A stretch of DNA of 64,000 nucleotides from Podarcis tiliguerta (taxonomy: Eukaryota), in the NCBI GenBank assembly GCA_965153285.1, contig OZ229115.1. One strand, written 5' to 3'. Both the position numbers and the translations under genes were made by a program. The notes under the pieces are model-generated. The model searched no databases, had not been told where the DNA came from, and saw only the letters and a program-made list of their open reading frames with translations. Each line of letters starts with the position of its first letter. The first letter of the stretch is position 1. Below are positions 25,755 through 39,257 of the stretch, in pieces.

Positions 25755-26000
25755 ATGTACTTAAGCACTGGAATGGCTTACTCCTTGTGTCCACTGAAAC
25801 CACAGACTTCTAGATTTCTGTTCTCTGAATGTGGTGTACCATTATCATGGTTGTTCCAAAATTACTTTGGCGTACCGGTATCTATTTATGTGCAATGTCA
25901 GGTACTAATATCAGTCCCCTCTCATTGTGTACTCAAGTGGCAGTAGTAACACCACACATTTTCACACAACCATTGGGCCTCCTTGTTGAACTGGCTGAGC
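25755..26000 (-). mobile_element. Possible fossil of a Tc1-like DDE transposase core
   Basis: One - frame with stops reads QPVQQGGPMVV*KC...LHINRYRYAKVILEQP**W...LWFQWTQGVSHSS. This is colinear with Tc1 motifs VKHGGGSVMVWGC / MDRFQY..I.E / FQQDNDPKHTS. Confidence 0.4.
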
Positions 26001-27543
26001 TTCATTTGCTTTGGGACAAAGAAGAGAGCAGGCCTTCTCCCTCAATAGCAGAGCTAGATCACTTGCCCCAGAGAGCAGCTGGCAGTCCCTAGGCTTCTGG
26101 TTAAAAATTATTGCCCTCATATCTGTAATCTCAATGTACTTGGGTTTGCTGAACCCTATTAGCAAACCTACAGCTCCATATAATCCTTTCTTTCAGTTGC
26201 ATTCAACGCCTGAGTGTTTAACTGAGCCCCATTGCTTTAAATTAGACTCTGTACTGTTCTAAGTACTTGCAGACATCTTGATCTATTCCATTTTGCACAG
26301 TGAAGTGTTTTCATTAGCGCAGCATTCATGCATGTGTGATAGTAGCTAACTGATGTAATTAACCAGCATGTCAAAGGCTATTTATTTCTTGCACATGCAA
26401 CCATCTTTCTGTGGTAAGGAATCGTTTCTGCTGACACAGTGCGTATGTAAACATGCTAAACTACAAGCCATTGCCCTTACAGTCTGCACTGTACTCACAA
26501 ATTACAAACACTGATTTCACTTTAAAAAGGCTAAACTAATGAGAGTTACTTTAAATTTCCATGCCACTGTTAACTACACGTGTAGCTGGAAATGCAAAGG
26601 CAGGGGTTCAAAACAAAGAAAGATCAAGAGAGATAGCATAGGTCATGGAGAACAAATCGCCTACTTGATTGTAGGTCAACCAAGTGCAGAATAGTATTGC
26701 TGTACTTGTCTGGCCCAAGTGGCTGCTTGCCTGTTGCTTTTAAACCTCAGTTATGCACTGAGGTTATGCACATGTGTCAATGCTTGCAGGATCAAGATTG
26801 CTGATTGCAAATACCTTGGGAGCAAAAGTTTCTGTGCCAAAGTACTAGAACATTTTGGCCCTAATTTCTTTCAGCATCAAAGGATCAGGCTTGTATAGAA
26901 ATAAAATATGAAGAAAAATGGCAATGCAAAACAAGGATTTGGTCTTGTTCTCTGAATGTGGTTCTTCAGGCAGATTCTGTATCGTAAAATATGGTATGTA
27001 AATGATTCCTGCTTGGAGGAAGAAGGAACAATAAATAATTCAGGCATCCTATCACCAGTTCCCTCACATAGACTTACTTTGGTTTCAATCCCTTCACAAC
27101 ATAAATTGCTTGCATGCTTTCTTGGTATTTTGGTAAAACCATGAAAACTGTAGACTTATTCTCTGCTAGCTATAAACATTTCAATGTTTGCACTATGATC
27201 CATGGTCTTGCAGAAGTTAAAATTCCCAGATTTTTAATCCAGATCCCACATCTATTCAAGTATACAAAGACACAATCTGTATAATCTCACATTTATTGTG
27301 ACCTTGTACAACTCCTTGGCTTTCTTGCTTCGATTTGTTACACTCATTAGCATAATTCAGGAAAAAAATCTATGAAGGTTAAAGATATAGCTTTACTGTA
27401 AAAATCTACAGTGATGAGAACTTTATATGTTTGGAGTTTACAGTTTTTCTGTTTAAGTGTTACAATTTGTTCTGTTTAATAAGCACTTCTTTATTCAGCA
27501 CAACATTTATGGAATTTTCTGGAATAAGATATGGTGATATTTT

Positions 27544-27692
27544 GATTGCCTTTAAAAAGGGATTATACAGAATCAAAGATTTGGGGTCTATGGCCCAAAA
27601 CCATGACGATTATATGGAACTGCCATTTTCCTAGAGGACAACAACAGGAGCAGGCTATTCCCAGAGGCATATGGTTGACCACTGTGGGTGAA
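27544..27692 (+). mobile_element. CR1 3' end fragment (old)
   Basis: GATTGCCTTTAAAAAGGGATTATACA (FKKGL) and CCCAGAGGCATATGGTTGACCACTGTG, resembling 43304-43584. Confidence 0.5.
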
Positions 27693-29322
27693 CTATGTGG
27701 ATTGTGGCATAATTTTAGATTTTACAAATTTAAATAGCTGTCTTTAACATGAAGTGCATTGCCAGTCAGTGATGGAAACTGAACTTGAAATACAGTGCTT
27801 TAGAGTGTCTGCAATATTCAACAAAAGCATTCATATTCTTAATATCTTGATGAAATGTAGTGAAAATGGGTTATCAATAGGTTTTCTTTTCTCCTCAAAG
27901 AGTGTTCTGGCAGCACTGCTGGCATGTTGATCATGGAAAGCTGTGTCCTATGCTTTGTTTCTCACACAATACACACCACTTCATTCTCCAATACAGCTTG
28001 CAGATAAGGCCATTGGCACTGCTGTAGCCTGGTCCAGCCACACAATTTGTCTTAATTTTGCGGTACTGTCTAAGCAAGTCTTAGTTTACAGGAGGCCACC
28101 GCACGGGGTCTCATGGAGCCCAGCAAGCTTCTTCATGTGGTCTGCCTGGCAATAAGATGATTTAATAATTTGTGTGCCCATTCTAAAGAGGTTTGGCTGC
28201 TTACCATCCAGCCTGCCCTCAGGGGTGATTTACTTAACCATATGCTGCCATAGAAGCAGCTGCATTTGATTGCATCTACCAAACTCTGAGGTTTATCCGC
28301 CACACAGCTGAAGCCTTTCTCCTTTATCTGCCACTTCCCTTGGCTGTATGCCCCTGAAATCATTTGTGTCTAAAAGGAGGACAGAGAAAACTTTTAGCAT
28401 GTAGTTGGGTGTTGACAATCTGAAATGATGAATTGATCCTCTGAGAATCCATAGGCAATTTGCTGAAGCAACAGTAATAAAAATCTTGACATTGCTCATT
28501 GCTTTCTTGCTGATACTGTCTGTTGGTGAATCTGTATTGCATGTGCTATAATCAACACTGAAAATTCAAACCATCTCAGTAGCTCTCAATATGCAATTGA
28601 CTTGACTACTGTTGTGGACTGACTATATAAGCCTATTTTTTTCATTCATGGGTAGTAATTTATTTCTCTTTTTAGCCTGTCCCACCTCAAAGTCTATGTC
28701 TGGATAATAATGCCTTATATATAAAACACAGAATTTACAATATGAAACAAAATCTTGACTGAATAAATGTACATGAGCATCCACATAGTATAAGAATTTA
28801 TTATAAATAATTGCCATGTTGAATAAGAGCAATGGTTCATCTAGTTCATTAATGTCTACTTTGATTGGCAACAGCAAAGAAATCTCAAAGAGGGTTTAGC
28901 CATATAGATGGATCTTTTCTGCCACTGACCTTTGGTCCTTTCTCACTATAACTTACTGCAATAGTGTTTATGTTTAATAATGAATACATTGTTATTTCTC
29001 ATAAAATTCTGACAGGATTTCCCCATTATTATATCAATTTGAATTTTGTAGGCTGTATTCCCATGATTTGGTATATATACATTACTGTTTGATATATTCT
29101 TCAACAGCAATATGAAGGGTTAGGAAAGGAGGTGAATTGTTGTTTGCTAAGATCTAGATCTGTAACCTCTTGACCCTCTGATCTCTTCTTATCCTGTCCA
29201 GATGGAAATTCTCGATGTCAGCTGCCCTATTTGTGGATGTAAGATTGGCACATTTCCTCTTTCTCCTTTCCCTTCCAGCACCTGAAAAGACTGGTGTCAT
29301 ATGATGATTCTTAATAGTTATA

Positions 29323-29564
29323 CAGTGGTACGTCAGGTTACATACGCTTCAGGTTACATACGCTTCAGGTTACAGACTCCGCTAACTCAGAAATAGTGCT
29401 TCAGGTTAAGAACTTTGCTTCATGATGAGAACAGAAATCGGGCTCCGGCGGCACGGCGGCAGCGGGAGGCCCCATTAGCTAAACTGGGGCTTCAGGTTAA
29501 GAACAGTTTCAGGTTAAGTACGGACCTCCGGAACGAATTAAGTACTTAACCTGAGGTACCACTG
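29323..29564. mobile_element. Tc1/mariner MITE, copy 3 (CpG-rich, young)
   Basis: TA|CAGTGGTACGTCAGGTT ... AACCTGAGGTACCACTG|TA, with an internal 16-bp tandem CAGGTTACATACGCTT. Confidence 0.92.
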
Positions 29565-30379
29565 TAATCCAATCTGTGTATTATACAAAATACTAGACCT
29601 TCTGGTTTGGGGTTATTCGGGGGGGGGGGGGTTCAGTACAATCTGTCGAATGGCACAGTGATCATCCAGACTTTTGGCTAAAGGGGGATGCCATTTTTAT
29701 AAATTTTGAATTAGTCTGTGCGATACCAACCTTTGCCCCATGGATACATATGGATTTTTGCCGGGGGTGACAGGCCCTGTGGTCACTTTTCCGCCCCCTC
29801 CTCCAAGAAACACACTTCCCTTTTCCAAAGGAACTGGAAATCCACCTGGATCCAACTGCTGGATCCAGTAAAATCAATCTGAGACTTAGAAAACACAGGG
29901 AGATGAAATAGTAAGTGTGAAAGAGTATCATTTTCCCATCTTTTTTCTTCATCTCAGTGTACTTTTCAAGGGAGAAAAAGGAACCCTTACCATTTCAGGA
30001 CCAAGCAGGCAGTGAGTGCAGGGATAGGGGGAGACTCAAAGCTTTCACGGGTGCCATGGGAAGACCTCAAGGGCACCATTGCACCCATGGATGTCACAAT
30101 GGCAATTGCTGAAATAAACTGCACAGGAAATATACCCTATGTGTCAATAATGGGAATTTTGGATTATTGTAGCTCAGACAATGGGGATACTGTACTGTTA
30201 ATTATTTAATCATTTAAAATGATACTTCAACATAATAATAGTTAAGATATGAGTTAATGACACTTAATATATACCCTAAATTAGGAGAGAACTGTGGCAC
30301 ATACAGTGCTTTTCATATACTCATTGCATTTGAAATAGTCTCCAAAGCTACCTAATTTCTGGCCAGTGTGATACCATAT

Positions 30380-30700
30380 ACAGTATCTAAAGCATCCCAG
30401 ACAGATGTCTCTCCGACATTTTCTTGAGTGTCTTTGAGAGAGGAAATCCCATAGTTGCTGTAGGCAGGTTTTTTTCTTCATTGATTGACAGTTTTTTATG
30501 ATTTTGGAGGACTTTTCAAAGTTATCCTAAAATTTAAAATCATTGCTTCTTGTCCTTTCTTAACACTGAACATGATCTCCCAAATGATGTCTTACCAGTG
30601 CTGAGTAGAAAAATGGTATAATTTCCCATGTGACTGCTAATTCATCCTAAAATGGCACAATTCTTCTATGCTATAGACACAGCTGGTGTCACAGCATCTC
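30380..30700 (-). mobile_element. Old CR1 fragment
   Basis: AGCATCCCAGACAGATG... and TCTTACCAGTGCTGAGTAGA...CCTAAAATGGCA are degenerate reverse complements of the CR1 ORF2 end (LYSALVR, AILG). Confidence 0.5.
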
Positions 30701-30821
30701 TCATCTCTTCATCTTACTTTTCCACAATTACTACTAGTATCTGCTGTAAAAAATGGGTGGTTAATGATTTCATGGTATATAGGCAGTGCTTGCTAGATAA
30801 CTGTGAAGCTTGCAAATAGGA

Positions 30822-30859
30822 ATCAAAGCAATATAGGAATATCAAAGCAATATAGGAAT
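30822..30859. repeat. Perfect 19-bp tandem duplication
   Basis: ATCAAAGCAATATAGGAAT x2. Confidence 0.9.
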
Positions 30860-31638
30860 CAATCCTAAAGCAGCACACACACACTGCTAAGTCTCCTTAA
30901 CCTTAATGAGAACTGCCAATGTTTATATCTTCTTCAAAACCACATAGACTTTGATAGATCAGGGTTTATCCTCTGCTGATTTTTTGTTTATTTTATTTTC
31001 CTCACCCTCAATTGTAAACACTGTCCCCTAAACCATCAAGTTAAAAGATGCACCCTATTAACCTGGTCATGAATGCTTGAAAAGCTTAACTTGCCTGTTA
31101 AAAATGTCTACTAGCCCATACCTAATTGTGCAAAACAGCAAGTGGATAGGGGGAGAAATACCCTGCTAGTTTAAATGGACGAGAATGAGTTGCTTTAAAA
31201 ATTAGGCAGGGTGCAATTTTTCCAGAAAGCGCAGTATCATAGCCTAAATTTTTCAGATAGCACAGTCTCTTAGTTCCCCAAGAACCCACTTGGAGACATC
31301 AATGACTTACTTGGCAGTTTCCATTTACGTTGCCATAAGCTGGAAGGGTGACTAGGTTGTTGTTGTTGTTGTTGCTGCTGCAATAAATCCTTATTGACAC
31401 AATCATAGATGGATAACAATGATATGTTATGGTCCAGGTTGAAAAAGCCAACCAAGTGGAGTTCATCGTATCTCTGTATTATGATAGATCTTTTATCTTT
31501 CAGTAAAGAGGTCATCAGTGTTGGAATGGGGAAGAAATGCATTTCAGATCTTTGTAAAAACACTCATTGAGGCTATACTAAATTCAGGTCCTGTGTGTTG
31601 GGGTTGTAGCATTTTGGAGGTGCGTCTTAAAGTGTGTA

Positions 31639-31883
31639 CAGTGGTATCTCAGGTTATGAACTCAATTCGTTCCAGAGGTCCGTCTGTAACAGGAAACCGC
31701 TTGTAACATGTGGCGTGCTTTTGCTAATGGTGCCTCCCGTTGTTGCTGCTGCGCTGCCAGTGCGTGACATCCACTCACATCCCAGGGTAAAGTTCGCAAC
31801 TCAGAGCATCTACTTCCGGGTTAGCAGAGCTCGTAACCCAAAGCGTTTGCAAGGAGGATGGTATGTTACGCAAGGTTCCACTG
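31639..31883. mobile_element. Tc1/mariner MITE, copy 4 (diverged subfamily)
   Basis: TA|CAGTGGTATCTCAGGTT ... CAAGGTTCCACTG|TA. Internal motifs (GCTAATGG..CCTCC, CATCC..GG.AAAGTTC, GGGTTAGC.GAG) are shared with the other copies. Confidence 0.85.
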
Positions 31884-33804
31884 TATGTGAAGGTGGCACT
31901 TCAGTTCTTTGTTGCGTCTGGTCTGTTCTGATTCCACAGCAATATGACAAAATGATAGCAGTTAAATTAAAGAATGATGTTTTTAGTGACCCATAAGTGA
32001 GCCTCTTTATTTATTCTGGGTGTTTTGGTTTCTATGGAGCAATTGAACTGACAGCCTTTCAATGGAAAAAAAGTGGATATTTCTTCGGGTGAGGGGTGGG
32101 AGGTCTTAATTTCCTGAAGCAGCCCCTTCGTGGACCAACACAAAGCTGTGTTTGCAGGCGGTCATGGCTCACTGCAAGGGCTATCTAGCTCTGCGTTTGC
32201 CCTGGCTTCTCTGAGGGGGTGAACACAGTGTTGAGGGAGGTCTTGGTTTTAGAAGGTTGGAAGGTTTATTAGTGTTGACAGTGTGTGAACTTGACATCTT
32301 TTGTAATAATGAGGTTTTAAAATGTGAATTATTCATGCCTTGCTTTGAATACAGGCTTATTGTGTTAGTTGGAGCTGTGAAGAGAGGAAAGATATTAATT
32401 AAATAAACGTCACTGTTCTAGAAGATCATGTGGGAAATTTTTGTCATGCCTTCAGTATAATCAAGGAACTAGACACAATGCATACTTACTGAAGTTAGTT
32501 GTAGTTAGATTCAAAACATATTGATAATTCTGTTCTAGTTTAATGCATATTATCTGTTAATAGTGATTAAATCTTGAAATCACGGGGGTGGGGGCTGTTT
32601 GGGTTGGTTCAAATTCAACACTTACCAACAGCAGTATCAGTCTCTCAGACTGTATAAATCAACCAATGACCTGATAATTAAGAAAGTTCTAATAACAGGC
32701 ATAGATGGAATTATATTTATGAATGCTATTAGTGTGTTTGTGTGGGTTATAAAGAGAATTTTGTGTTGCTGTTTGTATAGAAATTAGATACTGCAATGTG
32801 CCTTGACGTTTATAGGATAAATAGCAAAATGGCTGGACAAATGTTAACTTGGCCAAGCACATATGCAAAATAGATTTAATTTGATGTTTAAGAAGAATTT
32901 ATATTTTGCTGCTAAGCTGAACTGAGTCACATGTACCAAGTGCTTAGAATCCATATTTGGGAAGGAGCCTTCCAAGGACAAGTGATTTTATACAGGAAGC
33001 AATGATAGTATTTTACTAGCTAGTGTCGTCCTCTACATTAGCATCAAATAGTTATTTTGCCGCAGCTATTCTGCCGCAGCACTGATGGTGTTGTTAGGAT
33101 GAAAGATCCTGACCACATAAGCAATTAAAGACTTCCTAAGCAGTGGTGTGTTTTTTGTTTTGCAGGAAGTTGCAGTAGAGGCAAACTTTGTTCAGGATAG
33201 CTTCCCCCCTGCCTCTTTAAACTTCCTCTGGCCAATTCCACTAAATGCCACAAAAGTTCTCATTTCCTATCTAGGTCTGCTTCATTCCTCCTCCAGAGCA
33301 GTCACCCTGCAGATTTGTTTGAAGCGACTCTTAGTCTGAGTGTGCACAAAGTTAATGCCATTTGTCTAGCTTTGACACACGGTTTACTGTGACTTGTGTT
33401 GAAGATGGAATTAACACCATTACCAGAGAGGTCTGTGCTACAGAGGTCACTGAAAGTGCAGTGCAGAGAGTTCTGTACTAAAAATATACAGAACAAAATA
33501 TTGTTCCTGTTATTTCCAAAGCTCATGATAAGGCTGTTAAGGAGGACACATGAATAATGGCTGTGCAATCAGCCACATTCCCTAAACTTGCTCATATTCA
33601 AGAGGTTGGTTCTATTCTATGATGATGTATATAAATATTAAACCCATTGGGCTGACTGGGGTGGGTCATACACAGCTGATATGATGTTGAATACCTTTTG
33701 CTGTGCTTCTGAAGTCTTCTAACAATCTACTGTAACAAAATATAACAGGGGGAGAGATGGAACCTCTCTACCTATTCTGCAGGCAACTGGTAGACTGGCT
33801 GCTG

Positions 33805-34390
33805 TGCCCTCTGCCCTGATGGTGTTGTTGGTGAATGCAGGGTTGGTTCACAATAAAAATTTACTTATCCACAATTTGAGGGAGCCAAGCTGATGTGTAT
33901 TACTGAGACCTGGGTGGGTGTGCAGGGCAGAGTCAACCTGTCTGGGCTTTGTTCACCTGAGTACTCAATGCAGCATTAAGCCAGGCTGGGGCAGGGGGAG
34001 TCTTTGTGGTCCATGAAAGTATGATCATGCTCATCAGGACACTTTGTACCTAGTGGTGTGCAAAGCACATTGGAGTGGCCACTGGTGTACCATCCACATT
34101 GCTGTCCAGTGGTTTTGTTCACCAAATTATATGAGGTGGATTTGGGTGTACTGTTGGACAACCCTGTGGAACTTTAACATCCATACTGAGACCACATGTG
34201 TAGTGCTAGCTCAGGACTTCATGGCTTTCATAGACATCCTCATGGCTCTTTCAGTTTGTTACTGCTTCACCACAAAGGGCATACACTTGGTCTAATCTTC
34301 ATGGTTGGAGACGCAATCTACTAATTCTGTTGCTTCTCTTGGATCTGTCAGCAACTTTTGATATGATTAACCTTCTGGACCACCGTGGAC
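33805..34390 (+). mobile_element. L2 ORF2 remnant: APE endonuclease joined to an RT motif by a large internal deletion
   Basis: Degenerate motifs in order: LVNAGLVHNK, CITETW (33896-33913), NFNIH (~34170-34184), GHTLGL (~34277-34294), then the RT motif LLDLSATFDMI (~34336-34368). Confidence 0.75.
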
Positions 34391-34465
34391 TCCATTTCAC
34401 TAATTTTTCAGTCTTCCTTATGGGGTTAATTCCAGAGAATAGAATTGGGTGAGTATGACTCTGCC

Positions 34466-34760
34466 CAGCGGTGAAGCAAGCCGATCGGGCGCCTGGGGCA
34501 GCATGCGTGCCCTGCGCCCAGGGGCGGGGCCAGCCACCTGCAAGGATGGGGCGAGCCAGGGCAGGACGCTCCACGGGGCCTCAGAGGAGTCTGCATGCCT
34601 CCTCCCACTCAGCTGCCCTACAGCTGAGGGGGATGCAGCGGGCAGACCGTTTGTGGCAGTGCAGAGCCTGTGGGCACCCAAGCCACTGTGTCACTTCCAG
34701 GAGAGATGTGTGGCTCGGGTGCACTGCAGGCCCTGCGGTGAGTGCCTCCTGGTATCAGAT
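34466..34760. mobile_element. GC-rich block, probably a truncated hAT-like non-autonomous element
   Basis: Abrupt GC/CpG-rich insert beginning CAGCGGTGAAGCAAGCCGATCGGGCGCCTGGGGC. No second TIR was found. Confidence 0.4.
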
Positions 34761-37700
34761 ATTGAACCTGTTATGCTGTGGATTAGGGAGTCATAATGAG
34801 AAGCAGTGTGAAGTATGTGAGGTTAGCACCATCTCTATGTTTGTATATCTTAGCCTAATTGTTGTGCCATTTGTGTTCAATAACTGCATCGTTATGTATG
34901 GCAGGTTGGTAGAGTTTCTAGCTTTAGCCTCTGGGATGGCTTTGGTATGTTTAAGAAATAATTCCAATGTACAGAGTTTCACTAAGTATGCTTTTTCCCA
35001 TCACAGTCAGTTGCAGTTATGGGAATAGCCACATCTTGCAGACTTTCCCTTTTTATGGAGCTCTTTAAAAGTAGGCACAAGAACCCTCTAAGTGTCTGAA
35101 CCAGGCAACCCCACAATGTGGTTAGTGGGTGGTAGGCAGGTGGTGAAATTTATTCAGCACAAAACTGAAATATGTTTCCTACATAAAGTGGCAATCTCTT
35201 TCTGCATGTTTACTGGATGTAGGGGGGGGGGGGGAGAAAGTTGTCCACAAGGAAGCTGGCTCTGGCCTAACATTCTCTCTGTACATTTTCCTTGCCCTAT
35301 GAAAGGAATATTTATATGCACCTCCTGTGCCACAGGAAAAGGGCTAGTGGTAGTTAACTGGACAGTTGGAACAGATTGTGGCTTGCACAGTCCTAGAGCT
35401 GTAATTTTCAGTAATGGGATTTTGAATCTCACAGTAATAAAAGAAAACCTTTTTGCCTAGGTTTGATTATTGACAGAATTTCTAGATGTGTTGTTTTTGT
35501 GCTGTGTAGATGCGAAGTGAAGCCACCACCCACTCACTCTCCCATTTTTTCTTTTTCAGCCAGCTACTATACAAAGAACGCATTTACTGTAAACCTGGTT
35601 TGAATTTTATTCAGGCCATTAAAAAAAAACAAAAGGGGGGAATAGGAGGGTTAGAAAAACTGGGAAGCCTTGGAATGAGGTATAGGGAGAGGGACTGATA
35701 TATATGTAACCATTTGAAATCAAGCTTTCATCCCAAACATTCATGCTTGAATTTTGGAGCTGTTGATACCTTAGAAACAGTAGAGTCCAACAGTAGTAGT
35801 TGCTAGACATGGTATGATAACATAAAGAAGTGCACCTAATACTTCATTTTCAAGAATAACTGGAGGAAAATGACAACCAGAATTTAGCAAATACATTTTA
35901 GATTAAGGAGGTAATTTTAAACCCAATAGCTACAAAGTAATCACCATTGAACACAGTAGGATTTACCTCTGAGAAAACTTGCACAGGATTATATGCTGCA
36001 CAGTAATTTTTCTTTGCCTCCTGTTGTCCCCCCCCCCCCCCCGATCCATTGAGACTGGATCTTATTTCACTTAAATTATGAGTGTTGTGGCTTGGAACAT
36101 TTTCATAACCTGATGAGCTAGGCTAGGTTACTTAAATTATTTAAAGAGTTAACACGAAGATTGGCTGACACAGGTGTTTAATACAATACAACCAGATAAT
36201 ATATTACCCAGATATTAGTATTTTTATATAAGTCTAATTTGGCAAAGCACAAAATCCGTTGCACACACACTTTGCAATGATGGAAGAGCTGCTGGGCTGG
36301 GTAGACCTCTGTCCTCGGCAACCCAACAGTAATTGAAGATCTTTAAAAATGCATGCATCCTCCGTCTTTCCCATATGGGCTCCTAAGGCAACATGACCTT
36401 ATGTGGCCATTATCTGACCTCTTTTACTCTTGGATTACAGGGTACAAAGCAAATTTATAGTTGTTTATTCTCTCCTCCTATCAGCTATTAGTGCCTAATC
36501 ATATGGTCTATTGATCATGTGATTAATCACCTGCCTAAAGACGCAGCAGATCTTGTGGAATGCTGCACTGCACCACACTGAACTTCAACCTTTTATACAA
36601 ACTTGAACAGTAAAAACATTAGTCAATGCCGAAGCCTCTGGTTAGTATGCTGCTAGAACACCAGGAGGTAAATCTTGTTGGTTAAGAAAACACACCATAC
36701 TATCAGTTGTGCTGTTTAAAAAACATATAATCCTCCCATACTTCATTTGCAGATACATACACTTGCCTAGAAGATTATTTTAATGCATCCTATAGATACT
36801 AATTGGGTGGAGGCAGGGACTGTACTGTGTTATAGTGTCCACTATTTTTACCATAAGGATCTGACAGCATTTCAATAGTAAAACCTTTATTTTTAAGGAT
36901 TTATAATATGCTCGTGATATTTGGCTCTGCCTGAGCTATGAGTCTTTAAGATTCTTTTCTTCTTGTTCCCAACTTGTCATTTTAAATACAGATTGGCCAT
37001 ACTTTATTTGAAAATGTTCATTTGTGCTACAATTTATTTGTTTTACCTTTTCTCTTAAAATCAGCATTATATAAAACTGAGTATAAAATAAAACAGGGAT
37101 TTTTAAATAGTTAAAAAGGGATTGCTATACACAGTTTGTGGGAGCTGTTTTTCACAAAGACCTGTTAAATGGTTTTGTCGTGATGGAGATGTAATATAGA
37201 CTAGATCAGAGGCCTTCTATCTTGTTGCAAAACGACCTTTTAAATATTCGTGTATAGAACCAGCTTTCCATCTGTTAACTTGTAGAAAGGAGTATATCAC
37301 TTTTAATCCTTGTTCATTTTTCATCCTTGTTATTTTCTTGAAATCTCAACTCAGTATGAGTCCTAGGAACACTCCACCTGCTTCCCCTCCCTCCATCATC
37401 TCATACCATCTTATCACTGTGAAGGGAATATGGAACTTGGCATCTCACAATTATTTGATGTTCCTGACCCTTGACTCTGCCCCTAGTTTGAAAGGCAGAC
37501 TGGGTTGCAGGGTCAGGGATATTCTACATTGAAATAAATGAAGCACATCCCATTTATTATCTTCTTGTGTGGTGAGAAGGTGAGAGCAGGAGCCTGAGAG
37601 TCTGAAATACTTAATATTCCTTGGAAAGTAAGAAGTGAACTAGTGTCTAGGTACATTTCAAGCTTATACATCTGTCTCGAAATTCAAGCAACAAATCACA

Positions 37701-38288
37701 ACGCAAAAATCTTGTAGCAAGGACTATTGCAGTGGACGCTTGTGCAGAAGAAGGCATGGGGACTTCTCTGAGTTATGCTGTCTACAGATGAGGCATTGGG
37801 CCATACTCTGTATCATGGCTACTGTTCCAAAAAGGTTCAGGGTTCATTCTATGAAGATATTCATGCTGTGTAACACACTGTGTGCATGTGGTGATGGGAC
37901 TAAGCTCAATGCCACAAGGAAACCCTGTCAGACACCAACTGCTGTGAAATCTCTGCTCCCTTACCAATCTATTTGGTGTTTGCTTAGGTATGTGAACAAC
38001 CCCTGCTGACAAAAATGTAATTAAACAAAATAAATGAAAAAGGGGCAAGTAATTTTAAATGGTGTTAGATGGTGTTTATGTATGATGGAGATGGACACTA
38101 CTACTTGTGCTTCTTGTAGGAGAGCTGGTAGGAGAGGATAACTCATTCACTTTCTCAAAAGGCAAGGCCAATTCAACTTCACTATACCTTTCTGTGGAAG
38201 ACTTCCTTCCAAGTACCTGTTTTGTTCATGACTTCATGTAAACATCCTAAAAAGCAAATAAAAAAAAGGACATTTCCTATGACCATGA

Positions 38289-38838
38289 TGTCATGAGCCC
38301 CATGGCAAGAAATGTGGAGGGGCGATCCTGGCAGAATTTGTCAGAGGAAGAGGAGACAGAGATTACTGTGTCTGTTGATGGGGAGAGTCCAAGTAGTATG
38401 CTGGGAGACATCCAAGGTGACAGGGCAAATCAGGCGATGCTGCCATTGCCCTGTCTCAGGAGAGCAAGGTTGCTCCAGCAACTGAGGAAGCACATGAGCA
38501 CGAGTCAGGCAGTGAACTGGTAAAACAGACTCAGGTCCCATCTCCAATGATGCATCCTCTGGTGAGGGCAGACCCAGCTCACTTGTAGGAATTCCTGCTT
38601 ACTTGTCCAGTCCAATTACTTGGGATGAGAACTGCGCAAAAGACTCTGCCTGTCCTGGAGGCATGTCAGGTGTTGAGATAGCATTTTAGCTTAGAACTCT
38701 GCTTCTGAACTATTAGACTATGTAACCTGTGTCTTGATCTATGTTTAATCTGTGGACTGATTTGTGAAACAAGGCCTTCAGGAATAATTGAGCTGAGAGT
38801 GAGTACTGTGTCTGAATGTGGGAGTCAGGACTATGAGA
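38289..38838 (+). mobile_element. Probable solo LTR (Gypsy-like)
   Basis: Starts TGTCATGAGCCC and ends GGACTATGAGA (imperfect terminal IR). It has a purine-rich 5' part, an AATAA near 38783 and a length of ~550 bp. No TSD was found. Confidence 0.45.
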
Positions 38839-39067
38839 AGACCCTGTTGGTGCAGGAGCCATCTTTCCCAACAGGGCTAGCACACACTGAAAAGCTGGGT
38901 CATGAGCAAGGTCAGCCTTGCAATGAGTAATGTGTTGTAGCTCCCCCACCCAGCTGGCAAAATCTACTCAGTAGGATGATGTTTTAATTCTTCAGTTCAG
39001 ATATAAACAGGTCTGAAAATGGAACTCCTGACTGGATACAATGTATTAATATTCTTTTTAAATTAGT

Positions 39068-39257
39068 GACCCTGATGTTGGGAAAGATGGAGGGCACAAG
39101 GAGAAGGGGACAACAGAGGATGAGATGGTTGGATGGTGTTCTTGAAGCTACCAGCATGAGTTTGATCAAACTGCGGGAGGCAGTGGAGGACAGAAGTGCC
39201 TGGCGTGCTCTGGTCCATGGGGTCACGAAGAGTCGGACACGACTAAACAACAACAAC
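39068..39257 (+). mobile_element. BovB (RTE clade) LINE 3' end
   Basis: Encodes TLMLGKMEGTRRRGQQRMRWLDGV...WRALVHGVTKSRTRLN, the BovB ORF C-terminus, followed by a (CAA)n tail. Confidence 0.93.

Noticed and set aside
25790-25957. Gag zinc-knuckle/protease reading (CYYCH...IDTG...GFSG) on the - strand
   Set aside because: The CCHC motif is incomplete, the spacing is too short and there are many stops. The Tc1 reading in another frame fits better.
29202-29238. Possible 37-nt + strand exon (MEILDVSCPICG), CCTGTCCAG|...|GTAAGA
   Set aside because: The splice signals are plausible, but such pseudo-exons are common in long introns and there is no independent support.
34299-35028. Cluster of overlapping ORFs / CpG-island promoter
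   Set aside because: Stop codons are scarce because the ~300-bp insert is GC-rich. Its abrupt edges suggest a transposon.
36105-36140. CTGATGAG as a hammerhead ribozyme core (also at 18223, 34030, 50950 and 57545)
   Set aside because: None has stem II followed by GAAA and a cleavage triplet.
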